DNA from: Deltaproteobacteria bacterium | GTDB taxonomy: Bacteria > Myxococcota_A > UBA9160 > UBA6930 | Length of the DNA: 64,000 bases | Assembly: GCA_016875395.1 (NCBI GenBank) | Contig: VGRF01000011.1 | Location: 59,250-123,249, forward strand | Direction: 5' to 3' | In this document: positions 48,266 to 56,792 of the stretch, piece after piece | How positions within the stretch are numbered: position 1 is the first letter of the stretch | Layout: each line of letters starts with the position of its first letter | The notes under the pieces: model-generated | The model's database searches: none | What the model was told of the DNA's origin: nothing | What the model saw: the letters and a program-made list of their open reading frames with translations, nothing else | Position numbers and translations under genes: made by a program

Positions 48266-48816
48266 AGATCTACACGCGGCGCGGGGACTCGGGCGAGACG
48301 GATCTGTTCGCGGGCGGGCGCGTCGGCAAGGACGACGTGCGCGTCGAGGCGTACGGCGCCGTCGACGAGCTGCTCGCGGTGCTCGGGACTGCGGCGGCGG
48401 ACTCGCAGCAGGCGGATCTGCGCGCATTCGTCGCCGAGATCCAGAGCACGCTGTTCTCGCTCGGCTCTTACCTCGCGACACCGGATGCAGAGCGCCGCGC
48501 GAAGAGCGGCATCGCCGAGCCCGCGCAGGCCTGGGTCGACGCGCTCGAAGCCGCGATCGATCGCAGCGAAGCGGAGCTCGCGCCGCTGAAGCGCTTCATC
48601 CTGCCCGGCGGCACGCGCGGCGCCGCGAGCTTTCACCACGCGCGCGTCGTCTGCCGCCGCGCCGAGCGCAGGTGCGTCACGCTGCACCGCGCGCAGCCGC
48701 TCAGCGAAGTGGCGCTGCGCTACCTGAACCGCCTCAGCGACTTGTTATTCGTGCTCGCGCGGGTGGAGAACAAGCGCGCGGGCGTGCCGGACGTGGAGTG
48801 GGCGGGGCTGGGGTGA
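48262..48816 (+). CDS. ATP:cob(I)alamin adenosyltransferase, PduO type
   Basis: MKIYTRRGDSGETDLFAG..., ILPGG and YLNRLSDLLFVLAR blocks. Its ATG overlaps the upstream stop (ATGA). Confidence 0.9.
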   Translation: MKIYTRRGDSGETDLFAGGRVGKDDVRVEAYGAVDELLAVLGTAAADSQQADLRAFVAEIQSTLFSLGSYLATPDAERRAKSGIAEPAQAWVDALEAAIDRSEAELAPLKRFILPGGTRGAASFHHARVVCRRAERRCVTLHRAQPLSEVALRYLNRLSDLLFVLARVENKRAGVPDVEWAGLG

Positions 48817-48888
48817 GCGGCGAAGGCCGTGTTCGCAGTCGCTCACCCACAATCGCGCGTGGCGATGAGGTCGTGAGCGCGCTCGAGG

Positions 48889-49077
48889 TCAGGCAGAGGT
48901 GTCGGCCGAGGCATTCGGGTCGCTCTGAGCGGGATCGCGCGGATCAACGGCGCCCAGCACCTCCCGCGGTCCCTCGAACAGCTCGCGGATCCGCGTCCCG
49001 AGCATGAAGAAGAACAGCAGCTCCGCGAGCAACAACAACAGCACGAGCTTGCCTGCGCGCCTCCACAACTTCTTCAC
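48889..49077 (-). CDS. Small single-pass membrane protein (62 aa), hypothetical
   Basis: The GTG at 49077 overlaps the meaB stop (GTGA). KKLWRRAGKLVLLLLLAELLFFFMLG is a clear TM helix. Confidence 0.4.
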   Translation of the reverse strand: MKKLWRRAGKLVLLLLLAELLFFFMLGTRIRELFEGPREVLGAVDPRDPAQSDPNASADTSA

Positions 49078-50039
49078 GCCGCGCCTCCCCGCAGCGCGCG
49101 CTCGATTGCAGCGCCGAGCTCTTCCGCGAGCGCGAAGCCCGACACCTCGGGCGCGGCGGCGAGCTTCTCCGCGAGCGCGCTCGCGCCGCCGAGCGCGGCG
49201 AGGCCGTAGCTGCCGTAGCGGCGCGCGAGCATGCCGCGCAGCCAGGCGTCGCGGCCGCGGCGGCGGTTCGCGGTGAGTGCGCTGCCCGCGAGATGCGCGC
49301 GGTGCTTCGCGATCGCGGCTTCGAGCGCGTCGATGCCCGTGCCGTCGCGTGCACTCAGCAGCACCACCGGCGGGATCCAGGCGACGTCGCTCTTCTCGCC
49401 GAGTGCGAGCGCACTCTCGAGCTCGCGCGCGGTGCGCTCGGCGAGCGCGCCGAGGTCGGCTTTGCCGACCGCGAAGATGTCCGGGAGCTCGAGCACTCCG
49501 GCCTTGAGGAACTGCACGGTGTCGCCCGCCGCGGGCTGCGCCACGAACACGAGCGTGTCGACGAGATCGGCGACGTCGCCCTCGCTCTGGCCCACGCCCA
49601 CGGTCTCGACGATCACCACGTCGAACACCGCGGCCATGATCGTGACCGCGGCGCGCGCGGCGTCGCTGAGTCCGCCTAATGACTCGCGCGCCGCGAGCGA
49701 GCGGAAGAAAACGCCGGAGTCGTTCGCGGCGGAGCGCACGCGCACGCGGTCGCCGAGCAGCGCGCCGCCGCTCTTCTGGCTCGAAGGATCTACCGCGACG
49801 ATCCCCACCGTTTCGCCGCGCGCGCGGTGCGCGCGCACGAGCGCGTCGAGCAGCGTGGACTTGCCGGCGCCGGGCGCGCCGGTGAGCCCGAGCCGCGGCG
49901 CGCCGCCGAACAGCACGCGCGCTTCGAGCGCCGCGAGCAGCTCGCGCGCGGCGGCGCGCTCTTCGGGCCGCGAGTCGTCCGCGAGATTCAGCGCAGGCGC
50001 GACGGCGGCTCGGTCGCGCGCGAGCAGTCGCGCCGTCAA
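49074..50039 (-). CDS. meaB: Methylmalonyl-CoA mutase-associated G-protein chaperone (MeaB/ArgK)
   Basis: GLTGAPGAGKSTLLDAL P-loop, VGVGQSE, and a FAVGKADL (NKxD-like) block. The start (TTG at 50039) is uncertain. Confidence 0.88.
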   Translation of the reverse strand: MTARLLARDRAAVAPALNLADDSRPEERAAARELLAALEARVLFGGAPRLGLTGAPGAGKSTLLDALVRAHRARGETVGIVAVDPSSQKSGGALLGDRVRVRSAANDSGVFFRSLAARESLGGLSDAARAAVTIMAAVFDVVIVETVGVGQSEGDVADLVDTLVFVAQPAAGDTVQFLKAGVLELPDIFAVGKADLGALAERTARELESALALGEKSDVAWIPPVVLLSARDGTGIDALEAAIAKHRAHLAGSALTANRRRGRDAWLRGMLARRYGSYGLAALGGASALAEKLAAAPEVSGFALAEELGAAIERALRGGAA

Positions 50040-50061
50040 CTCCGCGGCGCGTTCGTTGGCG

Positions 50062-52029
50062 CTAGGCAGACGCGGCCTCCGCCACGTCCACCACTTCCCC
50101 TAACACGCGCGTCAGGTCGAAATCCTTCGGCGTGTAGACGCGCGCGACGCCTGCGGCGCGCAGCTGCGCGGCATCGTCTTCGGGGATGATGCCGCCCACG
50201 ATGACCGGCACGCGCACGCCCGCGTCGCGCAGGCGGCCGAGCACGTCGAGCACGAGCACGCCGTGCGAGCCGGACAGGATCGATAGCCCGATCACGTGCA
50301 CGCCTTCGTCGCGCGCGCTCTGCACGATCTCGGCGGGCGTGACGCGAATGCCCTCGTACACGACCTCCATGCCGAGGTCGCGCGCGCGCACCGCGATTTG
50401 CTCCGCGCCGTTGCTGTGGCCGTCGAGGCCGGGCTTGCCCACGAGCAGCTTCAGCGGCCGCCCGAGCTTCGGCGCGAGTCCGCGCACGCGCGCGCGGATC
50501 TTCTCGGCCTCGGGGTCCGCGCCGCGCACTTCGCGCACGACCACGCCGGTCGGCGCGCGGTACTCGCCGAACACGGCGCGCAGCGCGTCGGCCCATTCGC
50601 CGGTGGTGACGCCGGCCTGCGCGCAGCGGATCGAGGCGGGCATCACGTTCGCGCCGCTCTTCGCGGCGTCGCGCAGGTTCGCGAGCGCCGCCTTCGCGTC
50701 GCCGGCGCTGCGCTTGCTCCGGAACGCGCGCAACCGCTCGATCGCCGCATGCTCGGCGCTCTCGTCGACTTTGAGGATCGCGCCGCCGGCGCCGCTCGTG
50801 AGCGGGCTCGGCTCGGCTTCGCGATACGCGTTCATGCCGATCACCATCTGCTCGCCGCTCTCGATCGCGCGCAGCCGCTTGGTATGCGACTCCACGAGAC
50901 GCTGCTTCATGTACGCGTTCTCGACCGCGGCCACCGCGCCGCCCATCCCTAACACCTTGTCGAGCTCGGCCTGCGCACCGTCCGTCAGCTCCTTCACCTT
51001 TGCGGCGACGACGGGCGAGCCGTCGAACAGGTCGCCGTACTCGAGCAGGTCGGTCTCGTAGGCGAGGATTTGCTGGATGCGCAGCGACCACTGCTGATCC
51101 CACGGCCGCGGCAACCCCAATGCCTCGTTCCACGCGGGCAGCTGCAGCGCCCGCGCGCGCGCGTTCTTCGAGAGCGTGACGCCGAGCGCCTCGAGCACGA
51201 TGCGGATCACGTTGTTCTCGGGCTGCGCCTCCGTCAGCCCGAGGCTGTTCACCTGCACGCCGTAGCGGAAGCGGCGCAGCTCGGCGTCCGCGACGCCATA
51301 GCGCTCACGGCCCACGCGATCCCACAACTCCGTCATCGCGCGCGCCTTGCACGTTTCCTCGACGAAGCGGATGCCCGCGTTCAGGAAGAACGAGATGCGC
51401 CCAAAAACGCGGAGCAGGGCACTTGCGGCGACGTCGCCGCGCGCCTTCACGGCGTCGAGCACGGCGATCGCGTTGGCGAAGGAGTACGCGATCTCCTGCA
51501 CCGGCGTCGCGCCGGCTTCCTGCAGGTGATAGGAGCAGATGTTGATCGGATTCCACTTCGGGATCGCGTCGACCGTGAACGCGATCATGTCGCTGATCAG
51601 GCGGATCGATGGCTCCGGCGGAAACACGTACGTCCCGCGCGACAGGTACTCCTTGACGATGTCGTTCTGCGTCGTGCCCGAGAGCTTGCTCGCGGCGACG
51701 CCCTGGCGCTCCGCGGCGGCGACGTAGAGCGCGAGCAGCCACGCGGCCGTCGCGTTGATCGTCATCGAGGTGTTCATGCGGTCCAGCGGGATCCCGCGGA
51801 ACAGCGTGTCCATGTCCTCGATCGAGCCGACCGGCACGCCGACTTTGCCGACCTCGCCACGCGCGAGGGGGTGGTCGCTGTCGTAGCCGGTCTGCGTGGG
51901 CAGATCGAACGCGACGGAAAGGCCCGTTTGCCCCTTCGCGAGATTCGTGCGGTAGAGCGCGTTGCTCGCCTCGGCGGACGAGTGCCCCGAGTACGTTCGG
52001 AACACCCAGGGTTTCTCGCGCTCCGCCAT
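50062..52029 (-). CDS. Adenosylcobalamin-dependent acyl-CoA mutase, single chain with a C-terminal B12 domain (Ecm/MeaA-like clade of the methylmalonyl-CoA mutase family)
   Basis: PWVFRTYSGHSSAEASNALYRTNLAKGQTGLSVAFDLPTQTGYD resembles ethylmalonyl-CoA mutase/MeaA N-termini as I recall them. The C-terminal B12-binding domain has GLDGHSNGAEQIA (the DxHxxG His-ligand loop). The ATG at 52029 is preferred over the GTG at 52032. Confidence 0.85.
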   Translation of the reverse strand: MAEREKPWVFRTYSGHSSAEASNALYRTNLAKGQTGLSVAFDLPTQTGYDSDHPLARGEVGKVGVPVGSIEDMDTLFRGIPLDRMNTSMTINATAAWLLALYVAAAERQGVAASKLSGTTQNDIVKEYLSRGTYVFPPEPSIRLISDMIAFTVDAIPKWNPINICSYHLQEAGATPVQEIAYSFANAIAVLDAVKARGDVAASALLRVFGRISFFLNAGIRFVEETCKARAMTELWDRVGRERYGVADAELRRFRYGVQVNSLGLTEAQPENNVIRIVLEALGVTLSKNARARALQLPAWNEALGLPRPWDQQWSLRIQQILAYETDLLEYGDLFDGSPVVAAKVKELTDGAQAELDKVLGMGGAVAAVENAYMKQRLVESHTKRLRAIESGEQMVIGMNAYREAEPSPLTSGAGGAILKVDESAEHAAIERLRAFRSKRSAGDAKAALANLRDAAKSGANVMPASIRCAQAGVTTGEWADALRAVFGEYRAPTGVVVREVRGADPEAEKIRARVRGLAPKLGRPLKLLVGKPGLDGHSNGAEQIAVRARDLGMEVVYEGIRVTPAEIVQSARDEGVHVIGLSILSGSHGVLVLDVLGRLRDAGVRVPVIVGGIIPEDDAAQLRAAGVARVYTPKDFDLTRVLGEVVDVAEAASA

Positions 52030-52091
52030 CACGCCTCCGCCGAAAACTCAGAGATCGGCGAGGCTACCCGAGCGCGTGAGGGCTCGAAACG

Positions 52092-52121
52092 AAAACGCCC
52101 GGCGCGAAGGCCGGGCGTTTT
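52092..52121 (-). terminator. Intrinsic terminator hairpin (bidirectional form) after the PEP-CTERM gene
   Basis: AAAACGCCCGG, an 8-nt loop, CCGGGCGTTTT. This is a perfect 11-bp stem with A/T tracts on both sides. Confidence 0.75.
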
Positions 52122-52136
52122 GGGAAAGCGCAGGGT

Positions 52137-52787
52137 CTAGAAGCGGCGTCGGCCGAACGTCGCGAGCCCGGCGATGCCGGTGAGCGCGAGCGCTGCCAAT
52201 GCCGGCTCGGGCACCGGCTGGCCCACGAACTCGATGTTGCCCCGAACCGTGAGAGTGACTCCGTTGTGCACGAACTCGGCGAGCTTCACGCCCTGGAAGC
52301 TGAGCCGCGACGTGGCCGGGTCGTACAGGATCGTGACGTCGAGCGCGCTGACCGACAGCGTCCCGAAGATCGGAACACTCGGGACCGTCACCGGCGTGGT
52401 CGCATCGACCATCGATCCCAGGTACGCGACGTCGAGCGGGCCGATCGAGATGTTGTACGGGTTGGTGGTGTCGCCCGTGGAGGCGAAGCCGGCGCCAGGC
52501 GCCACGTTCACCTTCAGCAGAAGCGCGTTGTAGGCGCCCGGCAGCGCCGACGCCCAGATCGCCAGGTTCATCGCGGTCAGGTCGAGGTCGGAGACGACGC
52601 CGGTCGTTGGGTCGAACACGAGAAAGCCCGAGTCCAATTGACCTTGACCGCTCGCGATCAGAGTGTTGCCCGCCCAAACATGGAGCGTCATCGCCCCCTG
52701 GTCGGGCACGAAGTTGAGTGGTGCGGCTTGAAGAGCGCCGGGTAGCGCGAGGGCGAGCAGCAGCAGCAGCGGACGCAGTAGTCGCAT
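52137..52787 (-). CDS. PEP-CTERM sorting-domain secreted protein
   Basis: ATG at 52787. Signal LLLLLALALPGALQA. C-terminal VPEPALAALALTGIAGLATFGRRRF. Confidence 0.8.
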   Translation of the reverse strand: MRLLRPLLLLLALALPGALQAAPLNFVPDQGAMTLHVWAGNTLIASGQGQLDSGFLVFDPTTGVVSDLDLTAMNLAIWASALPGAYNALLLKVNVAPGAGFASTGDTTNPYNISIGPLDVAYLGSMVDATTPVTVPSVPIFGTLSVSALDVTILYDPATSRLSFQGVKLAEFVHNGVTLTVRGNIEFVGQPVPEPALAALALTGIAGLATFGRRRF

Positions 52788-52979
52788 GTAGGACTCCGGA
52801 GATGGGAGCAGCACGGGAAGCGCAACAGCAATTGCCATGCCGCACGGCTCCACGCGTGTAAGTCCGCGAAACAGCAGAAGTTCGAGATTGGCGACTGCCC
52901 ACGAGATGGAACTCTCGTTCCGCGTGCGGAAGAAGTTTTCCGTGCGGCCTCGGCGTTCGCCGCGTGCCATCTTGGCCCG

Positions 52980-53855
52980 ATGCTGACTGCACTCGACCAC
53001 TTCGTGATCGCCGTTCGCGACCTCACCTCCGCGCAGCGCAGCTACGCACGCCTGCTCGGGCGCGCCGCAACCTGGCGCGGCGAGCACCCGGCCCTCGGCA
53101 CTGAGAACGCGCTGTTTCGGCTCGAGAACACGTACCTCGAGCTGCTCGCGCCAGCGGCTGGCGCCGGACGCTGGCTCGGTGACTGGCTCGACGCGAGCGG
53201 CGAGGGCGTCTTCGCGCTCGCGTTCGCGACCCCCGATGCCGAGGCGTTTCGCGCGCACGCGCAAGCGCGCGGGCTCGCGCCGAGCGCGCTGCAGCCGGGC
53301 CTCGGGCGCGACTCGGACTCGGGGGCGTTTCGCAAGTGGCGCAACGTGCTGCTCGATCGAGCCGCGACCCACGGCCTGCAGCTCTTCGCGATCGAGCATC
53401 TCTCGCCGCCCGACCTTCTGCCGCTCTCGCCCGCGACCGACGAGAACGCGGGCGCGACGACCGACTCCGTCGATCACCTCGTGATCGCGACGCCCGATGC
53501 CGAGCGCGCGAAGTCGCTCTACGGCGAGGCGCTCGGGATTCGACTCGGCCTCGACAAGGAGTTTCCTTGGGGCGCGCGTCAGCAGTTTTTCCGGCTCGGC
53601 CACTTCACGCTCGAGGTGGTGTCGTCGCTGAAGCCGGACGCGCCGCGCACCGGCCCCGACCGTCCAGCGGGTGTCGCCTATCGCGTCGCGGATGCACCCG
53701 CCGCGCATGCGCGCCTCAGCGAAGCGGGCTTCGACCTCACGCCCTGCAAACCCGGACGCAAGCCCGGCACCTTCGTGTTCACGGTGAAGTCGGGAACCTG
53801 CGGCGTGCCCACGCTGATGATTCAGCCCTCGGTCTCGGAGCGTCGGCCCGGCTAA
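52980..53855 (+). CDS. VOC (glyoxalase/bleomycin-resistance/dioxygenase) family protein, two tandem modules
   Basis: LDHFVIAVRDL and VDHLVIATPD module starts. 291 aa. Confidence 0.78.
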   Translation: MLTALDHFVIAVRDLTSAQRSYARLLGRAATWRGEHPALGTENALFRLENTYLELLAPAAGAGRWLGDWLDASGEGVFALAFATPDAEAFRAHAQARGLAPSALQPGLGRDSDSGAFRKWRNVLLDRAATHGLQLFAIEHLSPPDLLPLSPATDENAGATTDSVDHLVIATPDAERAKSLYGEALGIRLGLDKEFPWGARQQFFRLGHFTLEVVSSLKPDAPRTGPDRPAGVAYRVADAPAAHARLSEAGFDLTPCKPGRKPGTFVFTVKSGTCGVPTLMIQPSVSERRPG

Positions 53856-53881
53856 GGTCGCCCCTCGCCCGGAGTGATGCG

Positions 53882-54892
53882 ATGTCCGCCGCCCCCCAAC
53901 TCGTTAGGCCCGAGTTCCCCGCCGATCTCGAAGGAGCGATTCGCGCGCTGAAGCGCGAGCGCAACGCGGTGCTGCTCGCGCACTACTACCAGGAATGCGA
54001 GATCCAGGATCTCGCGGATTTCGTCGGCGACTCGCTCGCGCTCGCGCAGGCTGCGACCCGCGTCGAGCGCGACGTGATCGTGTTCTGCGGCGTTCATTTC
54101 ATGGCCGAGACCGCGAAGATCCTGAATCCGACGCGCAAGGTCGTGGTGCCCGATCTCGAGGCGGGCTGCTCGCTCGCCGACGGCTGCCCGCCGAGGGACC
54201 TCGCCGCGTTCAAGGCGCAGCACCCCGGCGCGAAGCTGCTCTCCTACATCAACTGCTCCGCGGAAGTGAAGGCGATGAGCGACCTGATCTGCACCTCGTC
54301 GAACGCGGTCGCGATGGCGCGCCACTTCGACGGGCAGAAGCTCATCCTCGCGCCGGACCGTCACCTCGCGAAGTGGATGGGCGAGCAGCTCGGGCGCGAC
54401 GACCTGATCGTGTGGCCCGGCGCGTGCATCGTGCACGAGCAGTTCAGCGCGAAGGAGCTCGCGGCGCTGAAGGTGAAGCATGCGGACGCGGAGGTGCTGG
54501 CGCATCCCGAATGCGAGAGCGCCGTGCTCGCGCAAGCGGACTTCGTGGCCTCGACGACGGGCATCATCAAGCGCGCGGTCGAGTCGCGCGCGACGACGCT
54601 GATCATCGCGACGGAAGACGGCGTGTTCCACGAGATCGAGAAGCAGCTCGCGGCGGCAGGGAAAAAGAAGACGTTGATCCAGGCGCCGGGCATCGACGAG
54701 AGCTGCTCGTGCAACCGCTGCCCGTTCATGCGCCTCAACACGCTCGAGAAGCTCTACCTGTGCCTGCGCGACCTGGCGCCCGAGGTGACCGTGCCCGAAG
54801 ACCTGCGCGTGAAGGCGCTCGCGCCGATCGAGCTGATGCTGAAGCTGTCGCGAAACCTCGCGCCGCAGCCGAAGCCGGCAGGCAGGGCGTGA
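53882..54892 (+). CDS. nadA: Quinolinate synthase
   Basis: ATG at 53882. LLAHYYQ, FCGVHFMAETAKIL, YINCSAEVKA, HPEC and ATE blocks. Confidence 0.95.
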   Translation: MSAAPQLVRPEFPADLEGAIRALKRERNAVLLAHYYQECEIQDLADFVGDSLALAQAATRVERDVIVFCGVHFMAETAKILNPTRKVVVPDLEAGCSLADGCPPRDLAAFKAQHPGAKLLSYINCSAEVKAMSDLICTSSNAVAMARHFDGQKLILAPDRHLAKWMGEQLGRDDLIVWPGACIVHEQFSAKELAALKVKHADAEVLAHPECESAVLAQADFVASTTGIIKRAVESRATTLIIATEDGVFHEIEKQLAAAGKKKTLIQAPGIDESCSCNRCPFMRLNTLEKLYLCLRDLAPEVTVPEDLRVKALAPIELMLKLSRNLAPQPKPAGRA

Positions 54893-54965
54893 GCAGCCAC
54901 GGCGCAACCGGCTCGCGTCCGTGCGACGCGAGGGCGAACGGGGCCACCTCAACCGGGGCACCCCG

Positions 54966-56090
54966 ATGATTCTCATTCACGGCGAATGTGGGAGCGGTCG
55001 AACGTCGGCGCTGCGCGCGATCGAGGCGGCGCCTCCGCCCGGGTTCCGCGCGGTTTACGTGCCGGTGCCGACGCTCGATCTCGTGGGCATCGCGTGTTGG
55101 TGTCTGGACTGTCTCGCGCTCGGCGCGCGAGCCGAGCCGGTCGCGGCGCTGCGAGATTTCGCGAAGCGGCAGCCCCTGCTGCTGTTGCTCGACGACGCCG
55201 AGCGCATGCCCCCCGCGACCGCCGAGTCGCTCGCGAGCCTGGCTCGGGAGAGCGCGGGCGCCATCACGTTGATCGGAGCGGGCGAAACGAGCTCGCGCAG
55301 CTGCGACTCGATCGCTGCGCTCGGTGTTCCCGAGCTCACCGTGGCGCTCGACGCGAGCTCGGCGGCGCGCGTCGAGGATGCTGCGCGCGCGGTGCGCGGG
55401 CAGCTCGCACCCGCGCTGCGCAGCGCACCCGCTGAGCCACCCTCGCACACGGCGCGCGCTTCGGCGCGGCTCGCTGGCGCAGAAACGCCGCGCCCCGTCC
55501 CGCGCGCCATCGTCGAAGCGCCGAGCCCCGCCGTCGCTCCCGCGCCGGTTCGCGACGACGCGATTCCTCCCGCGCCGCCGGCGGCTCCGGCCCCGCGCGA
55601 ACCGCGAACGGTGCCGCTCAGCTTGGCGATCGCGCTCGCCGTGGGTGCGTTCCTGATCCCCGTCGCGTTCGGTGCGGGGCTGTGGCTCGGCAGGAGTGAG
55701 CCAGCGGGCCCGAGCGCGAACGAGGCGCGCACGCTGGAGCCGGTGCTACCCGCTGTCGCCGCGGCGCCGCCTACCGAGGAAGTCGTCACGGAACCGAAGC
55801 TCGCGCCGCGGGAGGCGCCTGCGCCGCTCGCGGCCGAGACGCGGCCGCCCGCCCGCGAGCAGCCGAGAGCAACCCCGCGCGTGCGCGCGAGTGCAGCGCG
55901 AGAACCGTCGCCTCGCGTGGCCGCGGCGCCCGAGCCGGCACGCGCGCCCGCCCAAGCGCAAATCGCGCCGCCTCCACCGGTGCGGCAGCCCCGGGCGTCG
56001 GTGCCCGAGGCACGCCGCGCCGCTCCGGTCGAAGACGAGTGGGGCGCGCCCGCGCTGATCAGCGTGACGCCGGGCGACGGGGGTCGATGA
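54966..56090 (+). CDS. ExeA/GspA-like P-loop protein with a TM helix and a long Pro/Ala-rich tail; degenerate Walker A
   Basis: MILIHGECGSGRTS (Arg where the Walker A Lys is expected), LLLLLDDAE Walker B, TM helix LSLAIALAVGAFLIPVAFGAGLWL, then about 130 aa of P/A/E/R-rich sequence. The start could be 54921. Confidence 0.5.
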   Translation: MILIHGECGSGRTSALRAIEAAPPPGFRAVYVPVPTLDLVGIACWCLDCLALGARAEPVAALRDFAKRQPLLLLLDDAERMPPATAESLASLARESAGAITLIGAGETSSRSCDSIAALGVPELTVALDASSAARVEDAARAVRGQLAPALRSAPAEPPSHTARASARLAGAETPRPVPRAIVEAPSPAVAPAPVRDDAIPPAPPAAPAPREPRTVPLSLAIALAVGAFLIPVAFGAGLWLGRSEPAGPSANEARTLEPVLPAVAAAPPTEEVVTEPKLAPREAPAPLAAETRPPAREQPRATPRVRASAAREPSPRVAAAPEPARAPAQAQIAPPPPVRQPRASVPEARRAAPVEDEWGAPALISVTPGDGGR

Positions 56091-56769
56091 CGAGCGCGCC
56101 ACCGCGGTCGATCCACGTGAACGTGATCTCGGTTTCGACGTTCGGGCGATCCACCGCGACACCATTCTCGGTCCGCGGCGAGTAGAAGAAGCGCTGCGCG
56201 GCTTCGATCGCCGCCGCGTCGAACACGCCCGGCGGCTCGGCAAGCACGACCTGCACGTCCCTCGTCGTGCCGTCCGCGGCGACGGTGAACCGCAGCTTCA
56301 CCCAGCCGGAGATTCCCGCGAGCTGCGCTTCCTGCGGATAACGCGGCGGCGGCCTGCGAATCGCTTTCACCTCTCTCACGTCGACGGACTGCGGCTACGT
56401 GTCGAGCGGCGGGACGAGCGGGGCCGCCTCCTCGGGAGCGGGCTCCGGCTCGCGCGCGGGCTCGGTGGCGACGCTGCACAGCTCCGGCGAAGGCGGCGAC
56501 ATGCGCTCCGCGCGGACGCCGCGAACGCGGTAGCAATACCGCACGCCCAAGCGAACGCTGCGGTCGGAGAAGCGCGTCGCGTCTCCCGAGACCCGCGCGA
56601 TCAAGCGGAAGGACTCGCTGGGATCATCGACGCGCCGTTCGACCTGATAACTCTCCACCGCGACCGCGAGCGGCGCCCACTCGACGACGAGCTCGGCCGC
56701 GCGCGCGGAGGCGCTCGCGAGCACGAGCACGAGCACGGCGACCGTGTTGCATGTGGTGGCGCGAAGCAT
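56059..56769 (-). pseudogene. TonB-family protein (signal/anchor - FN3-like domain - Pro-rich linker - TonB C-terminal domain) split by an in-frame TAG at 56395-56397
   Basis: ORFs 56395..56769 and 56059..56379 share one frame. The junction reads ...PEEAAPLVPPLDT * PQSVDVREVKAIRRPPPRYPQEAQLAGISGWVKLRFTV... The downstream part is a TonB_C domain with no anchor of its own. Confidence 0.6.
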
Positions 56770-56792
56770 CGTGCGAGCCTCCACTCGCGGCG

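Noticed and set aside
7853-50954. TTAGGG (telomere-like) strings, and the shorter TGTTA pentamer as an enriched motif.
   Set aside because: The TTAGGG copies are single and dispersed, and they are part of the TTA-GGN codon context. My rough expectation for TGTTA from base composition (about 20 on both strands) matches what I see.
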